Source: Clostridia bacterium (GTDB lineage: Bacteria > Bacillota > Clostridia > Oscillospirales > CAG-272). From it: a stretch of 64,000 nt of DNA. A program made the translations under genes and the position numbers. Below are positions 28,148 to 37,383 of the stretch, piece after piece; position 1 is the stretch's first letter; every line of letters starts with the position of its first letter. The notes under the pieces were generated by a model. The model ran no database searches, was not told where the DNA came from, and worked only from the letters and a program-made list of their open reading frames with translations. The stretch lies in assembly GCA_017517035.1 (NCBI GenBank), contig JAFXAN010000121.1:95619-159618 (forward strand). Direction: 5' to 3'.

Positions 28148-28930
28148 ATGATATCATTGATAAAGGCAGGAGTTTTTGACAGCGTTCTCGGTCTCGGTAA
28201 TTTCGAAACAACTCCAACAAGAAAACTTACACGTTTTGAGCTTGAATTGATAATTTCGGGTGAGGGGGCAAATTATATAAATGACATTGAATATCCTCAC
28301 AAAAAAGGAAATATTATTTTTGCAAGATACGGAGATATAAGGCGCAGTAAAAACAAGTTTTTATGCTATTATCTTCATCTCGCTATGGACTCGAAAACCG
28401 AAAATCTGCTAAAAAGCATCCCAACATTTACAAATGTAATTGATTATTCTGTGCTCGAAGAATGCTTTACGGAAATTATCAAGCTATACGAGGATGGTGA
28501 AAAGAGACAGCTACTCATCCAAAGCAAAATATTTGAGCTTTTTGATTTGATTTCGGAACAAAACAACACAAATGAAAGAATAAATAATATAAAAAGCGGA
28601 ATTACGCCGGAAACGATCCGACGTTCTGTTGACTACATAAATGAAAATTATTATAAAAACATTACTCTGAAAAGCATTGCTGAGCACGCAAATTTCAGTC
28701 CCATCTATTTCCACAAGATGTTTACTGCTTACATGGGTATGACGCCCCATGCTTATCTCTCAAAAAAACGTCTTGAGGCGGCCAAGCTGATGCTTCTCAC
28801 AACAGAACTTTCGATGAGTGAGATAGTTGAAAAATGCGGTTTTTCTTCAAATTCCTATTTTGATTTTCATTTTAAAAAGGAATTTGGAATCACACCGAGT
28901 GATTTCAGAAAAAGAAAATATACTTTTTAA
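28148..28930 (+). CDS. AraC family transcriptional regulator
   Basis: C-terminal HTH_18 (...IAEHANFSPIYFHKMFTAYMGMTPHAYL...). The start MISLIK at 28148 has GGAGG 5 nt upstream. It is divergent from the glycan operon. Confidence 0.85.
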   Translation: MISLIKAGVFDSVLGLGNFETTPTRKLTRFELELIISGEGANYINDIEYPHKKGNIIFARYGDIRRSKNKFLCYYLHLAMDSKTENLLKSIPTFTNVIDYSVLEECFTEIIKLYEDGEKRQLLIQSKIFELFDLISEQNNTNERINNIKSGITPETIRRSVDYINENYYKNITLKSIAEHANFSPIYFHKMFTAYMGMTPHAYLSKKRLEAAKLMLLTTELSMSEIVEKCGFSSNSYFDFHFKKEFGITPSDFRKRKYTF

Positions 28931-28936
28931 AAAATA

Positions 28937-28983
28937 GGGGGCTGTCTCAAATGCGAAAAAAGCATTTGAGACAGCCCCTTATT
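28937..28983. terminator. bidirectional terminator between convergent araC (28148-28930) and the decarboxylase operon
   Basis: Perfect 17-bp stem GGGGCTGTCTCAAATGC / GCATTTGAGACAGCCCC flanked by A-rich and T-rich runs. Confidence 0.8.
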
Positions 28984-28988
28984 ATAAT

Positions 28989-30404
28989 TTACACGCTGTG
29001 AACACCGAGTTCCTTATCGGCGTTTGTTGCGTCGATATTGTATTTATGAGCCTTTCTGTATTCAAAGAACTTCTCTGCTACCTGCTCAAAGAGTGCATAG
29101 GAGAGAACATCCTCATCCTGCTCAATATACTGTGCGCACTTTTCACGAAGCTCATCAAGCTCGGGCTTCAGCGCATCTGCGGGACGGGATGTGATTCTTT
29201 CCTCGTCACCGAGAATCTTCTTAACAAAAGCAGGATCAAGCTCCATGGGAGTTCTTCCGTATTCGCCCTTGATAAGAGCCTTAAATTCCTTAGTAACAGT
29301 CTTATAACGCTCACCGAAGAGAACATTAAATACAGCCTGTGTACCAACGATCTGTGAGGAAGGTGTTACAAGAGGGGGATTACCCGAATCTGCTCTTACT
29401 CTCGGTATCTCCTCAAGAACAGCATCAAGCATATCGCTCTTACCTGCCTGCTTGAGCTGGGAAACGAGGTTGGAAAGCATACCTCCGGGAACCTGATTGA
29501 TAAGTGCATTTACATTTACCTTCATGACCTTGGGATCCATGAGGCTATCGCCCAGATACTTCTCACGAAGTGCTGTAAAGTGCTTTGTAACAACATTAAG
29601 CTCGTTAAGGTCAAGACCTGTATCGAACTCTGTACCTGCAAGAGAAGCAACGAGCGACTCTGTAGGCATCTGGCTTGTACCCTGTGCCATGGGAGAGATT
29701 GCCGTGTCAACGATGTCAACTCCCGCCTCGATAGCCTTAACGGCTGTCATGGAAGCAACACCCGCAGTATAGTGGGTATGGAGCTGGATCGGAATCTTAA
29801 CAGTCTCCTTAAGAGCCTTTACCAGATCATAAGCATCATAAGGAAGGAGCAGACCTGCCATATCCTTGATACAAATGGAATCCGCACCCATTTCCTCAAG
29901 CTGCTTTGCATATTTTGCATAGTAATCGAGAGTATAGAACTTAACGGGAGCGTCCTTGGGGTCTGTCGTATAGCTGACAGCAGCCTGAACATGACCGCCT
30001 TCCTTCTTTGTTGCATCAATAGCAGTCTTAAGGTTTCTTGGGTCATTGAGAGCATCGAAAATTCTGAGAATATCAATGCCGTTTGCGATGGACTTCTGAA
30101 CAAAATATTCAACAACATCATCGGAATAGTGACGGTAGCCAAGAATATTCTGACCGCGGAAGAGCATCTGAAGCTTTGTATTCTTTACATTATCACGGAT
30201 AGTGCGGAGTCTCTGCCAAGGGTCCTCGTTAAGGAAACGAAGACAAGCATCAAAGGTTGCGCCGCCCCATGCTTCAAGTGAATGATAGCCGATTTTATCA
30301 AGCTGTCCGAGAATTGGGAGCATCTCCTCTGTCGTCATTCTTGTTGCAATGAGCGACTGATGAGAGTCACGAAGGACAGTTTCTGTAATTTTAACTTTTC
30401 CCAT
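28989..30404 (-). CDS. oxaloacetate decarboxylase alpha / transcarboxylase 5S-type carboxyltransferase subunit (no fused biotin domain)
   Basis: 471 aa. ITETVLRDSHQSLIATRM and the HMGL-like TIM-barrel blocks are present. The protein ends without a biotinyl-lysine AMKM motif. Confidence 0.85.
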   Translation of the reverse strand: MGKVKITETVLRDSHQSLIATRMTTEEMLPILGQLDKIGYHSLEAWGGATFDACLRFLNEDPWQRLRTIRDNVKNTKLQMLFRGQNILGYRHYSDDVVEYFVQKSIANGIDILRIFDALNDPRNLKTAIDATKKEGGHVQAAVSYTTDPKDAPVKFYTLDYYAKYAKQLEEMGADSICIKDMAGLLLPYDAYDLVKALKETVKIPIQLHTHYTAGVASMTAVKAIEAGVDIVDTAISPMAQGTSQMPTESLVASLAGTEFDTGLDLNELNVVTKHFTALREKYLGDSLMDPKVMKVNVNALINQVPGGMLSNLVSQLKQAGKSDMLDAVLEEIPRVRADSGNPPLVTPSSQIVGTQAVFNVLFGERYKTVTKEFKALIKGEYGRTPMELDPAFVKKILGDEERITSRPADALKPELDELREKCAQYIEQDEDVLSYALFEQVAEKFFEYRKAHKYNIDATNADKELGVHSV

Positions 30405-30438
30405 TTTTTATCTCCTATAAAATTTTATGTAACTGACA

Positions 30439-31644
30439 TTAAGCACCAAAACCTGCAAACCATGTGAGGAATACACCTGCACATACCGCAGAGCCGATAA
30501 CTCCCGCAACATTCGGTCCCATAGCGTGCATGAGAAGGAAGTTGCTGGGGTCTGCCTTCTGTCCCTCAAGGTTGGCAACACGAGCCGCCATAGGAACTGC
30601 GGAAACGCCCGCAGAACCGATAAGAGGGTTGATCTGTCCCTTTGTGAGGAAGCACATAACCTTTGCTGTAAGAAGTCCTCCTATAGTCGAGATAACAAAG
30701 GCTGTAAGACCCAGAGCGATGATAAGAAGTGTTTCAGATCTAAGGAAGTTTTCAGCCTTAGCGGTTGCACCAACGGTAATGCCGAGGAATATGGTTACAA
30801 TATTCATAAGCTCGTTCTGCGCTGTCTTTGAGAGACGGTCTGTAACGCCGCAGACATTAAGCAGATTACCAAACATAAGACATCCTACAAGCGGAGCGGC
30901 ATCGGGAATAAGAAGACAAACAACGCAAGTTACAACGATCGGGAAAAGAAGCTTTTCCGTTCTCGAAACAGTACGAAGTGTTGTCATCTTGATCTTTCTT
31001 TCCTTTTCGGTAGTCAGCATTCTCATAAAGGGAGGCTGAATAAGCGGAATAAGAGCCATATAGCTATATGCCGCAATTGCGATAGCACCGAGAAGGTGAG
31101 GCGCAAGAGTTTTTGTTACAAGGATAGCGGTAGGACCGTCTGCGCCACCGATAATACCAATAGCGGCAGCGGCAAGTTGGTCAAACTGACCGGAGATTAT
31201 CGCACCTGCAAAAGCCACGAAAACGCCAAGCTGCGCTCCTGCACCGATAATAAGGCTCTTGGGGTTAGCGATAAGGGGAGTAAAGTCTGTCATCGCTCCG
31301 ATACCGATAAAAATAAGTGAGGGATAGATACCAAGCTTAACACCAAGATAGAGATAATCGAGAAGACCGCCCTTTTTCAGAAGAAATTCGGTGTCGATAT
31401 ATCCTGTTTCGTTAATAAATATTGCATCATGGAACATTTCTGCACCGGGAAGGTTCGTAAGAAGCATACCGATGGCGATCGGGAGCAGGAGCAGAGGCTC
31501 AAAGCCCTTTACGATAGCAAGATAGCAAAGAACGAATGAAATGGCGAACATAACGAGTGTTTGCCAGAAATTCGGCTGTGCTATCAGCTTCGCAATGCCC
31601 GTTGACCCCATAAAGTCGACGATGCTTGAAATAATTTCGTTCAT
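30439..31644 (-). CDS. sodium ion-translocating decarboxylase beta subunit (OadB/MmdB/GcdB family)
   Basis: 401-aa polytopic membrane protein with family-typical blocks (GIGAMTDF, GGADGPT, LLMHAMGPNVAGVIGSAV). Confidence 0.85.
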   Translation of the reverse strand: MNEIISSIVDFMGSTGIAKLIAQPNFWQTLVMFAISFVLCYLAIVKGFEPLLLLPIAIGMLLTNLPGAEMFHDAIFINETGYIDTEFLLKKGGLLDYLYLGVKLGIYPSLIFIGIGAMTDFTPLIANPKSLIIGAGAQLGVFVAFAGAIISGQFDQLAAAAIGIIGGADGPTAILVTKTLAPHLLGAIAIAAYSYMALIPLIQPPFMRMLTTEKERKIKMTTLRTVSRTEKLLFPIVVTCVVCLLIPDAAPLVGCLMFGNLLNVCGVTDRLSKTAQNELMNIVTIFLGITVGATAKAENFLRSETLLIIALGLTAFVISTIGGLLTAKVMCFLTKGQINPLIGSAGVSAVPMAARVANLEGQKADPSNFLLMHAMGPNVAGVIGSAVCAGVFLTWFAGFGA

Positions 31645-31681
31645 TTAATTATCACCCTTTCTGAAGATTTTTCGGTGATAA

Positions 31682-32077
31682 TCAGTTCATTGTAAGAAGA
31701 ACGTCATCAGTAGCAACGGTATCGCCGGACTTAACATTAACGGAAGCAACTGTTCCGTCCTCGGGAGCCTTGATATCGTTTTCCATCTTCATTGCCTCAA
31801 GAACAAGAAGAACGTCGCCCTTCTTAACTGCTGCGCCGGGCTGTACATTTACCTTCATGATATTGCCCTGCATAGGAGCCTTGATCGCATTTGCACCGGC
31901 TGCTGCGGGAGCTGCCTTGGGTGCTGCTGCAGGAGCAGGAGCCGCTGCGGGAGCAGGTGCTGCAGGAGCTGCAGGAGCTGCAGGAGCTGCTGCGACAGGT
32001 GCTGAATACGCACCGCCAACCTCTTCAACCTCAACCTCATAAAGAACGCCATTTACTGTTACATTATATTTTTTCAT
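31682..32077 (-). CDS. biotin carboxyl carrier protein (biotinyl domain with Ala/Pro linker)
   Basis: 131 aa with biotinylation motif LEAMKMEN. The long APAAP linker is encoded by GC-rich 9-mer repeats. Confidence 0.85.
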   Translation of the reverse strand: MKKYNVTVNGVLYEVEVEEVGGAYSAPVAAAPAAPAAPAAPAPAAAPAPAAAPKAAPAAAGANAIKAPMQGNIMKVNVQPGAAVKKGDVLLVLEAMKMENDIKAPEDGTVASVNVKSGDTVATDDVLLTMN

Positions 32078-32095
32078 TTTTCTATACCCCTTTAA

Positions 32096-32524
32096 TTATT
32101 TAATATTCCAAGGCTTGTTTGTGCCTCGCTTGAAAGATACAACTCGGAAACCGTCTGTGATTCCCTGTTCGTTTCTCATAGCCGAAATTGCCGCAACTAT
32201 CGCTGCAATAACAGCTCCGTCATCCTGTGCTTCAACCTTGACAGGTGTAGGAGCGGGTGCAGGTGCCGCTGCGGGCTTAGGCTCTGCTTTTTTCTCTGCT
32301 GTTTTCTTATTGGTATCTTTATAAAAGACAACCTTAAAGAGTGAGAGAACGAGCCAGATTACGGCAAGAACGCCGAAAACAATAATAAGACCTATAAGAG
32401 TTCTTTGCAGTGCATAACCGATTCTGTCGGAAAGCTCCATGCTTGTTGTAAGCTTTTCGGATTCAACAACATCTCCGACAACTCTTGTTATGATATCCCC
32501 TGCTGAAAGCAAGATATTCTTCAT
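32096..32524 (-). CDS. OadG/MmdD-type small membrane subunit of Na+-decarboxylase
   Basis: 142 aa with one TM (LIGLIIVFGVLAVIWLVLSLF), an Ala/Pro-rich linker, and the C-terminal VIAAIVAAISA block typical of gamma/delta subunits. Confidence 0.6.
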   Translation of the reverse strand: MKNILLSAGDIITRVVGDVVESEKLTTSMELSDRIGYALQRTLIGLIIVFGVLAVIWLVLSLFKVVFYKDTNKKTAEKKAEPKPAAAPAPAPTPVKVEAQDDGAVIAAIVAAISAMRNEQGITDGFRVVSFKRGTNKPWNIK

Positions 32525-32539
32525 ATCATCCCTCCTATA

Positions 32540-34045
32540 TTAAAGGGGAAATACGACATGACGTCTATCAGGGTATATTTCCGATTTTGATGCGAGCATT
32601 GATACCGATGCGCAAATTCTCTGACGAAGCTCAATTCCGTCGATGATATCGTCTATCTCGCCCTTCTCTGCCGCATCAACGGGAGAAGCACACATTTCCT
32701 TCCACTGTGCTTCAAGCTCTTCTCTTGCCGCCTTGGGATCGCTTCCGCCAACCTTGTCATTCCAAAGGAAAGCAACTGCGCTGTCGGGAGGAAGAACACT
32801 AATTGCGGCACTGTCAAGCGCAAGCGCAACATCCGCACCGATGCTCTTTGAGCCCATAAGTGTATATGCTGCTCCATAAGCCTTTCCGAGGACAACCGTT
32901 ACCTTTGCGTTTTCGGAAGATGTATAAGCCATGGCAAGTCTTGAAAGCTCGCTTGCATAAGGAGCATTTGCGGAAGCCTCTGTGGTATCAAGTCCCATTG
33001 TATCAACGAGAGTTACAACCGGAATACCGAAAGAATCACACATAGAAACGAACTTTGCAGCCTTTCTTGCAGCCTTTGCTGTAAGAGTGCCATTTTCGAT
33101 CTTGGGCTGATTTGCAACAACGCCCGAAAGAATATTTCCAAAGGAAGTGAAACCAACTACGATCTCGGGAGCATAGTCTGCATAAAGCTCTGTGAACTTA
33201 CAGCCGTCACCGATAAGTCCGAGAACATCCTTCATATCATATCCGTCAGCAGAAACGATGCTCTTAACATCAACCTTGCGGTTAAGATCGTCATTTGCAG
33301 CTACCTCAACAACGCCCTCGGCATTGTTAGAAGGAAGCATATCAACAAGTGTGCGAACAAAGCCATATGCCTCTGCTTCCTCTGCCGCTGTGAATGCAGA
33401 CATTCCGTTCTCTGCCGCATATTCTGCGGTAGCAGTCTTATCACCGAGGAGGAAAGGAGAATTTACATAAAGGCTTGTCTTATCCTTAACAGTTACAACA
33501 ACATCGAACATTGCCGCTACTGTTGCCGCACTTCCGGCACAAACACCGGGAATAACTGCGATCTGAGGAATAACACCCGAAGCATCCGAAACACACTTCA
33601 TAAGAAGTCCGTAGCCTGCGAGAGCGGAAACGCCGTCATAAACGATTGCGCCGCAGCTATCGAAGATACCTACAACGGGAGCACCGTTTTTGATCGCTGA
33701 GCTATAAAGCGACGCGATCTTCTTTGCATGCATTTCATCAAATGCACCCTTCATTCTTGAAGAATCCTGAGAGAAAGCAAAAACAAGCGTGCCGTTTACT
33801 GCGCCGTATCCACAGATAACCCCCTCAAATTCATCATCATAGTTTTTACGGCGAACGTATGCACCGATCTCCGAGAAAGTACCTGCATCAAAAAGGCTTT
33901 CAATTCGGGAGCGGGCGCAAAAACCGTTCTTCGCACCTGCCGCAGAAGAAGCGTCGATATCTCTGAGCATTCCCTTCAGCTTTTCTGCTGTTGTTGCTCT
34001 GACATCCTTCTTTGTCAGGTTTGCGGAATTTACATTTCCGTCCAT
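32540..34045 (-). CDS. acyl-CoA carboxyltransferase (12S / MmdA / GcdA-type), divergent
   Basis: 501 aa with a two-domain crotonase-like carboxyl_trans layout (VVGIFDSCGA..., VIPQIAVIPGVCAGS..., VVLGKAYGAAYTLMGSK). Several Gly-rich consensus motifs are altered. Confidence 0.7.
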   Translation of the reverse strand: MDGNVNSANLTKKDVRATTAEKLKGMLRDIDASSAAGAKNGFCARSRIESLFDAGTFSEIGAYVRRKNYDDEFEGVICGYGAVNGTLVFAFSQDSSRMKGAFDEMHAKKIASLYSSAIKNGAPVVGIFDSCGAIVYDGVSALAGYGLLMKCVSDASGVIPQIAVIPGVCAGSAATVAAMFDVVVTVKDKTSLYVNSPFLLGDKTATAEYAAENGMSAFTAAEEAEAYGFVRTLVDMLPSNNAEGVVEVAANDDLNRKVDVKSIVSADGYDMKDVLGLIGDGCKFTELYADYAPEIVVGFTSFGNILSGVVANQPKIENGTLTAKAARKAAKFVSMCDSFGIPVVTLVDTMGLDTTEASANAPYASELSRLAMAYTSSENAKVTVVLGKAYGAAYTLMGSKSIGADVALALDSAAISVLPPDSAVAFLWNDKVGGSDPKAAREELEAQWKEMCASPVDAAEKGEIDDIIDGIELRQRICASVSMLASKSEIYPDRRHVVFPL

Positions 34046-34129
34046 GTTTTTTACCTCCGTTTATATTACTTTTTATTAATTTTTCAACAAATAGCGGTTC
34101 GATAAACCATTCTTCCCCACTATACACAA

Positions 34130-34158
34130 ATTTTATCACATTTTGAATATTTTGTCAA
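34130..34158 (-). promoter_or_regulatory. promoter of the decarboxylase operon
   Basis: On the reverse strand: TTGACA (34153-34158), 17-nt spacer, TAAAAT (34130-34135). Confidence 0.55.
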
Positions 34159-34282
34159 GCAATTCTCAAACATATTAATCTTTTTACATAGTCTTAATTA
34201 TTTATTAATATTATGCGTTTTATTTTTGATCCTATTCCGTGAAATATAAATTGCTTTAGTTGTATATTCAGATTAAATAGTT

Positions 34283-34484
34283 AAACAGTAATTTGTCGAG
34301 CAGTCAGATAGTGATGAAATCATCCTTTAGCGTTTCCAGATCCTTCACTTCGTTCAGGATGACAAGTGGAAGAACGAAGCCCTTCACCCTAACTCGTCAT
34401 TCTGAGCGTAGCGAAGAATCTATTAGCATTAACGGAGGATAAACCCACAACCACCATTTATAACTCACCGATAAATTACTGTTT
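34283..34484. mobile_element. MITE-like intergenic element, copy B
   Basis: Same termini (AAACAGTAATTTGTCG ... CGATAAATTACTGTTT). The first ~80 nt are the reverse complement of 6667-6746. It also carries the GTCATTCTGAGCGTAGCGAAGAATC module shared with copy C. Confidence 0.65.
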
Positions 34485-34543
34485 ATAAAAAAGCCAAGGA
34501 AAAAATCCTTGACTTTTTTAATTACATTTTCTTCATTAACTTA

Positions 34544-35272
34544 TCACAAACTGTCTTTTTTATATAACATCGGAGAAATTCCAACCTTTTCTTTAAATTT
34601 TTTTGAAAAATAAACATAGTCGGTATAACCGCATTTTTCCGCAATTTCAGCAAGAGAAAAATGGTTTTTATAAATATCAATCAGAAAACGTGCATGATTT
34701 ATGCGTATATCGCTTAAAAAATCCATAGGAGTTTTCCCCGTTTTCTCCTTAAAGCAGGCTCTTATATAATCCTCGGAATAACCACTACCCGCAAGATAGC
34801 TTTTAATGTTGATATTGCTGTCAAAGGCATTCTCTGAAATTTGTTCTGCTATCCTTTTTACACATTCAGAAATCACACCTTCTCTTCGGTCATTATCGAG
34901 AATATAATTTGCGAAGGCTGAGCAGAGATAGAACAAATATACCTCACTACTATGACGGTTTTTGTAGATGAGCGATGCAAGTATTTTACCTTCTTCATCC
35001 TCATTATCCTGAAAAGAAATGGGGATTTGAGTATAAAAATGATTTTCAAAATCGCTCCCGACAGATATGTTTATAAATTCATCATCGGAAAGTGAACCGT
35101 GAAGCATACCCGGCGGCATCAGAATGATAGTTCCGACAGAAAAAGGTATATTACCGTTTTCTGTGCGCATAACACCGCTACCCTTCAAATACATCATTAT
35201 TTCGTAATATTCATGTTTGTGCATGGGATAGCTTTTTGTACCCTGCTCTGTTTTGTTAATATGTATTTCCAT
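34544..35272 (-). CDS. AraC family transcriptional regulator
   Basis: 242 aa with a cupin N-domain (HKHEYYEIMMYL) and C-terminal HTH_18. Confidence 0.85.
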   Translation of the reverse strand: MEIHINKTEQGTKSYPMHKHEYYEIMMYLKGSGVMRTENGNIPFSVGTIILMPPGMLHGSLSDDEFINISVGSDFENHFYTQIPISFQDNEDEEGKILASLIYKNRHSSEVYLFYLCSAFANYILDNDRREGVISECVKRIAEQISENAFDSNINIKSYLAGSGYSEDYIRACFKEKTGKTPMDFLSDIRINHARFLIDIYKNHFSLAEIAEKCGYTDYVYFSKKFKEKVGISPMLYKKDSL

Positions 35273-35392
35273 TTGTATTCCTCCGTTTTAAGAATTATAA
35301 CATAAATCTATCTTTTATACAAGTAGTTCTATGAATAATCATAATTTTTTTCAGCTTTGGAATGTTATAATTAAGAAAAAAGGAGATATCTT

Positions 35393-36484
35393 ATGAAAAA
35401 GCTTGAGAATTTTCAGTGCGGAATGGGGATAGGCGGCTGGTTGACTAATTACAAGCGTTTCAACGTTTTGCCAAAGGACAGAAGAATGGTGATCACGATA
35501 GGAGATCTTGAGCATTTCAGATCTTATATTTCGGAAAAAGACATTGAATATATAGCAAGTCTCGGCATGGATCATATCCGTCTCGGATTTGACCAAATTG
35601 TTCTTGAAGAAGCGCCTTATAAATACCGTGAAGAAATATTTGAAATTCTGCATAATTTTGTGGATTGGTGTAAAAAATACAGGCTCGGTACAGTTCTAAA
35701 TATGCACAAGGCACTGGGCAATTACTGCGACATTCTTGAAGAAAGGGGACTTATGCAGGACGAGGAGCTTCAAAATAGATTCATTGCAGTATGGGAAAAG
35801 CTTGAAGACGAATTTTCATCGGATGATGAGATAATGTTTGAGCTTCTGAACGAAGTTGTAAATGCAACGCCCAACGAATGGAACGCCCTTGCAGAAAAGA
35901 CACTTAATGCGCTTCGAAAAAAGAATAAAAGCAGAAAAATCATCATAGGATGCACAGAATGGAACAACCCTCCCGGACTTAAAACTCAAAAGATCTGGGA
36001 TGATGAAAATGTCATTTACACATTTCACTGCTATGCTCCCCATGAATTTACACATCAAAGAGGAGTATTACAGGCTTTAACGCTATATTATAACCGTGAA
36101 ATGCCATATCCCTGTGAAGAAATCGACAGATACAGAGATTATCACAGAGTTGTTCACGGCTATATGAACGCATACAGTGATCTCAAAAGGATGGACATTG
36201 AGTTTTTGAGAAATTATCTTTCTCCTGCAAAGGAATGGATCGACAAAAACCCCGACAAAATACTCTGGTGCGGTGAATTCGGAACAATTCGCCATGCAAA
36301 TATCCATTGGCGCGAAGCATGGATGCAAGATATGATAAGTATTTTAAAGGAATGGGATATTCCTTACTGCGTCTGGAATTATCTGAGCACACCAAATGAC
36401 GGCAACCGTTTCAGTTTAGTTGACGATGATGAAAGAAAAATCCTAAGCCATGAGCTACATAATATCATACTCGGTAAAGTATAA
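35393..36484 (+). CDS. glycoside hydrolase family 5
   Basis: LLNEVVN (acid/base NE) and WCGEFGT (nucleophile Glu) are at GH5-typical spacing. AAGGAG precedes the ATG. No signal peptide. Confidence 0.7.
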   Translation: MKKLENFQCGMGIGGWLTNYKRFNVLPKDRRMVITIGDLEHFRSYISEKDIEYIASLGMDHIRLGFDQIVLEEAPYKYREEIFEILHNFVDWCKKYRLGTVLNMHKALGNYCDILEERGLMQDEELQNRFIAVWEKLEDEFSSDDEIMFELLNEVVNATPNEWNALAEKTLNALRKKNKSRKIIIGCTEWNNPPGLKTQKIWDDENVIYTFHCYAPHEFTHQRGVLQALTLYYNREMPYPCEEIDRYRDYHRVVHGYMNAYSDLKRMDIEFLRNYLSPAKEWIDKNPDKILWCGEFGTIRHANIHWREAWMQDMISILKEWDIPYCVWNYLSTPNDGNRFSLVDDDERKILSHELHNIILGKV

Positions 36485-37347
36485 TGGAATATTTATTTTT
36501 GGCACTCAGCATCTCTTTGTCTACCGTCAGAACTCTTCTTTCAAAAAAACTCTCAAGAATAGAATTCGGTAACAAAGAGTTTTACATTTTTCAAGCAATA
36601 ATTTTTTTCACCGGAGCTGCTTCGTTATGTATATTCGGTAAGCCTTTTCCGTTTTACCCTTCTCCAATGTTGTTTTATGCCGTTATATACGGAATTTTGC
36701 TGATACTTGCACAGTGGATGTATACTGCCGCATTAAGTTGCGGAAATACCGCTCTTTGTTCTACCGTCTATTCAATGGGGTTCATTATTCCGACGATTTC
36801 GGGTGCGCTTTTCTGGTCTGAAAAATTAAATATTTTCGATATTATCGGGATCCTTTTTGCAATTTTAGCCCTGATCTTTTTAGGAAAAAGCAAAAGCAAT
36901 GAAAAAAGAATTGAAAGCGGCAAATATTTTATTCCGCTCTTTATATCTATGCTTTCAGCGGGTGGGCTTGGCTTAGTGCAGAAGCTCCAGCAAAAATCCG
37001 ATTTTTCTAACCAAAGAGGCGGTTTTCTACTTTTTTCATTCATAATTGCGGGATTCATTTCTCTGATTTTTTCATTTATAAAAAAAAATAATGCAATTAA
37101 AAAATCAGACAAAAGCTCTTATTTTTCTGCAATTTCTATCGGTTTTTCATTCGGATGCTGCAATATTCTCAATACATTACTCGCAGGTATCCTTCCGAGC
37201 GCTCTGTTTTTTCCTGTACTTAATATAGGCGTTATCCTTACAACAACATTTATCAGTATAATTTTTATGAAAGAAAAAACCGAAAGGAAAGATTATTCGG
37301 TGTTGATTTGCGGTATTCTTTCAATAGTTTTTTTAACTGTTCTATAA
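36484..37347 (+). CDS. DMT-superfamily (EamA/GRP-like) 10-TM transporter
   Basis: 287-aa hydrophobic protein with two 5-TM halves. Its start overlaps the GH5 stop (TAATG). Confidence 0.55.
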   Translation: MEYLFLALSISLSTVRTLLSKKLSRIEFGNKEFYIFQAIIFFTGAASLCIFGKPFPFYPSPMLFYAVIYGILLILAQWMYTAALSCGNTALCSTVYSMGFIIPTISGALFWSEKLNIFDIIGILFAILALIFLGKSKSNEKRIESGKYFIPLFISMLSAGGLGLVQKLQQKSDFSNQRGGFLLFSFIIAGFISLIFSFIKKNNAIKKSDKSSYFSAISIGFSFGCCNILNTLLAGILPSALFFPVLNIGVILTTTFISIIFMKEKTERKDYSVLICGILSIVFLTVL

Positions 37348-37383
37348 TCAAAAGAATAACTTCTCTTGAGTAATTGGATTTTT

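Noticed and set aside
29580-31039. Plus-strand ORFs 29580-30281 (233 aa) and 30464-31039 (191 aa)
   Set aside because: They are antisense to the OadA-type and beta-subunit genes. The composition is typical of reverse-frame artefacts.
31770-32103. Several 65-90 aa ORFs on both strands rich in Ala/Gly/Leu/Gln
   Set aside because: They are generated by the GC-rich Ala/Pro linker repeats of the biotin carrier gene and are not independent genes.
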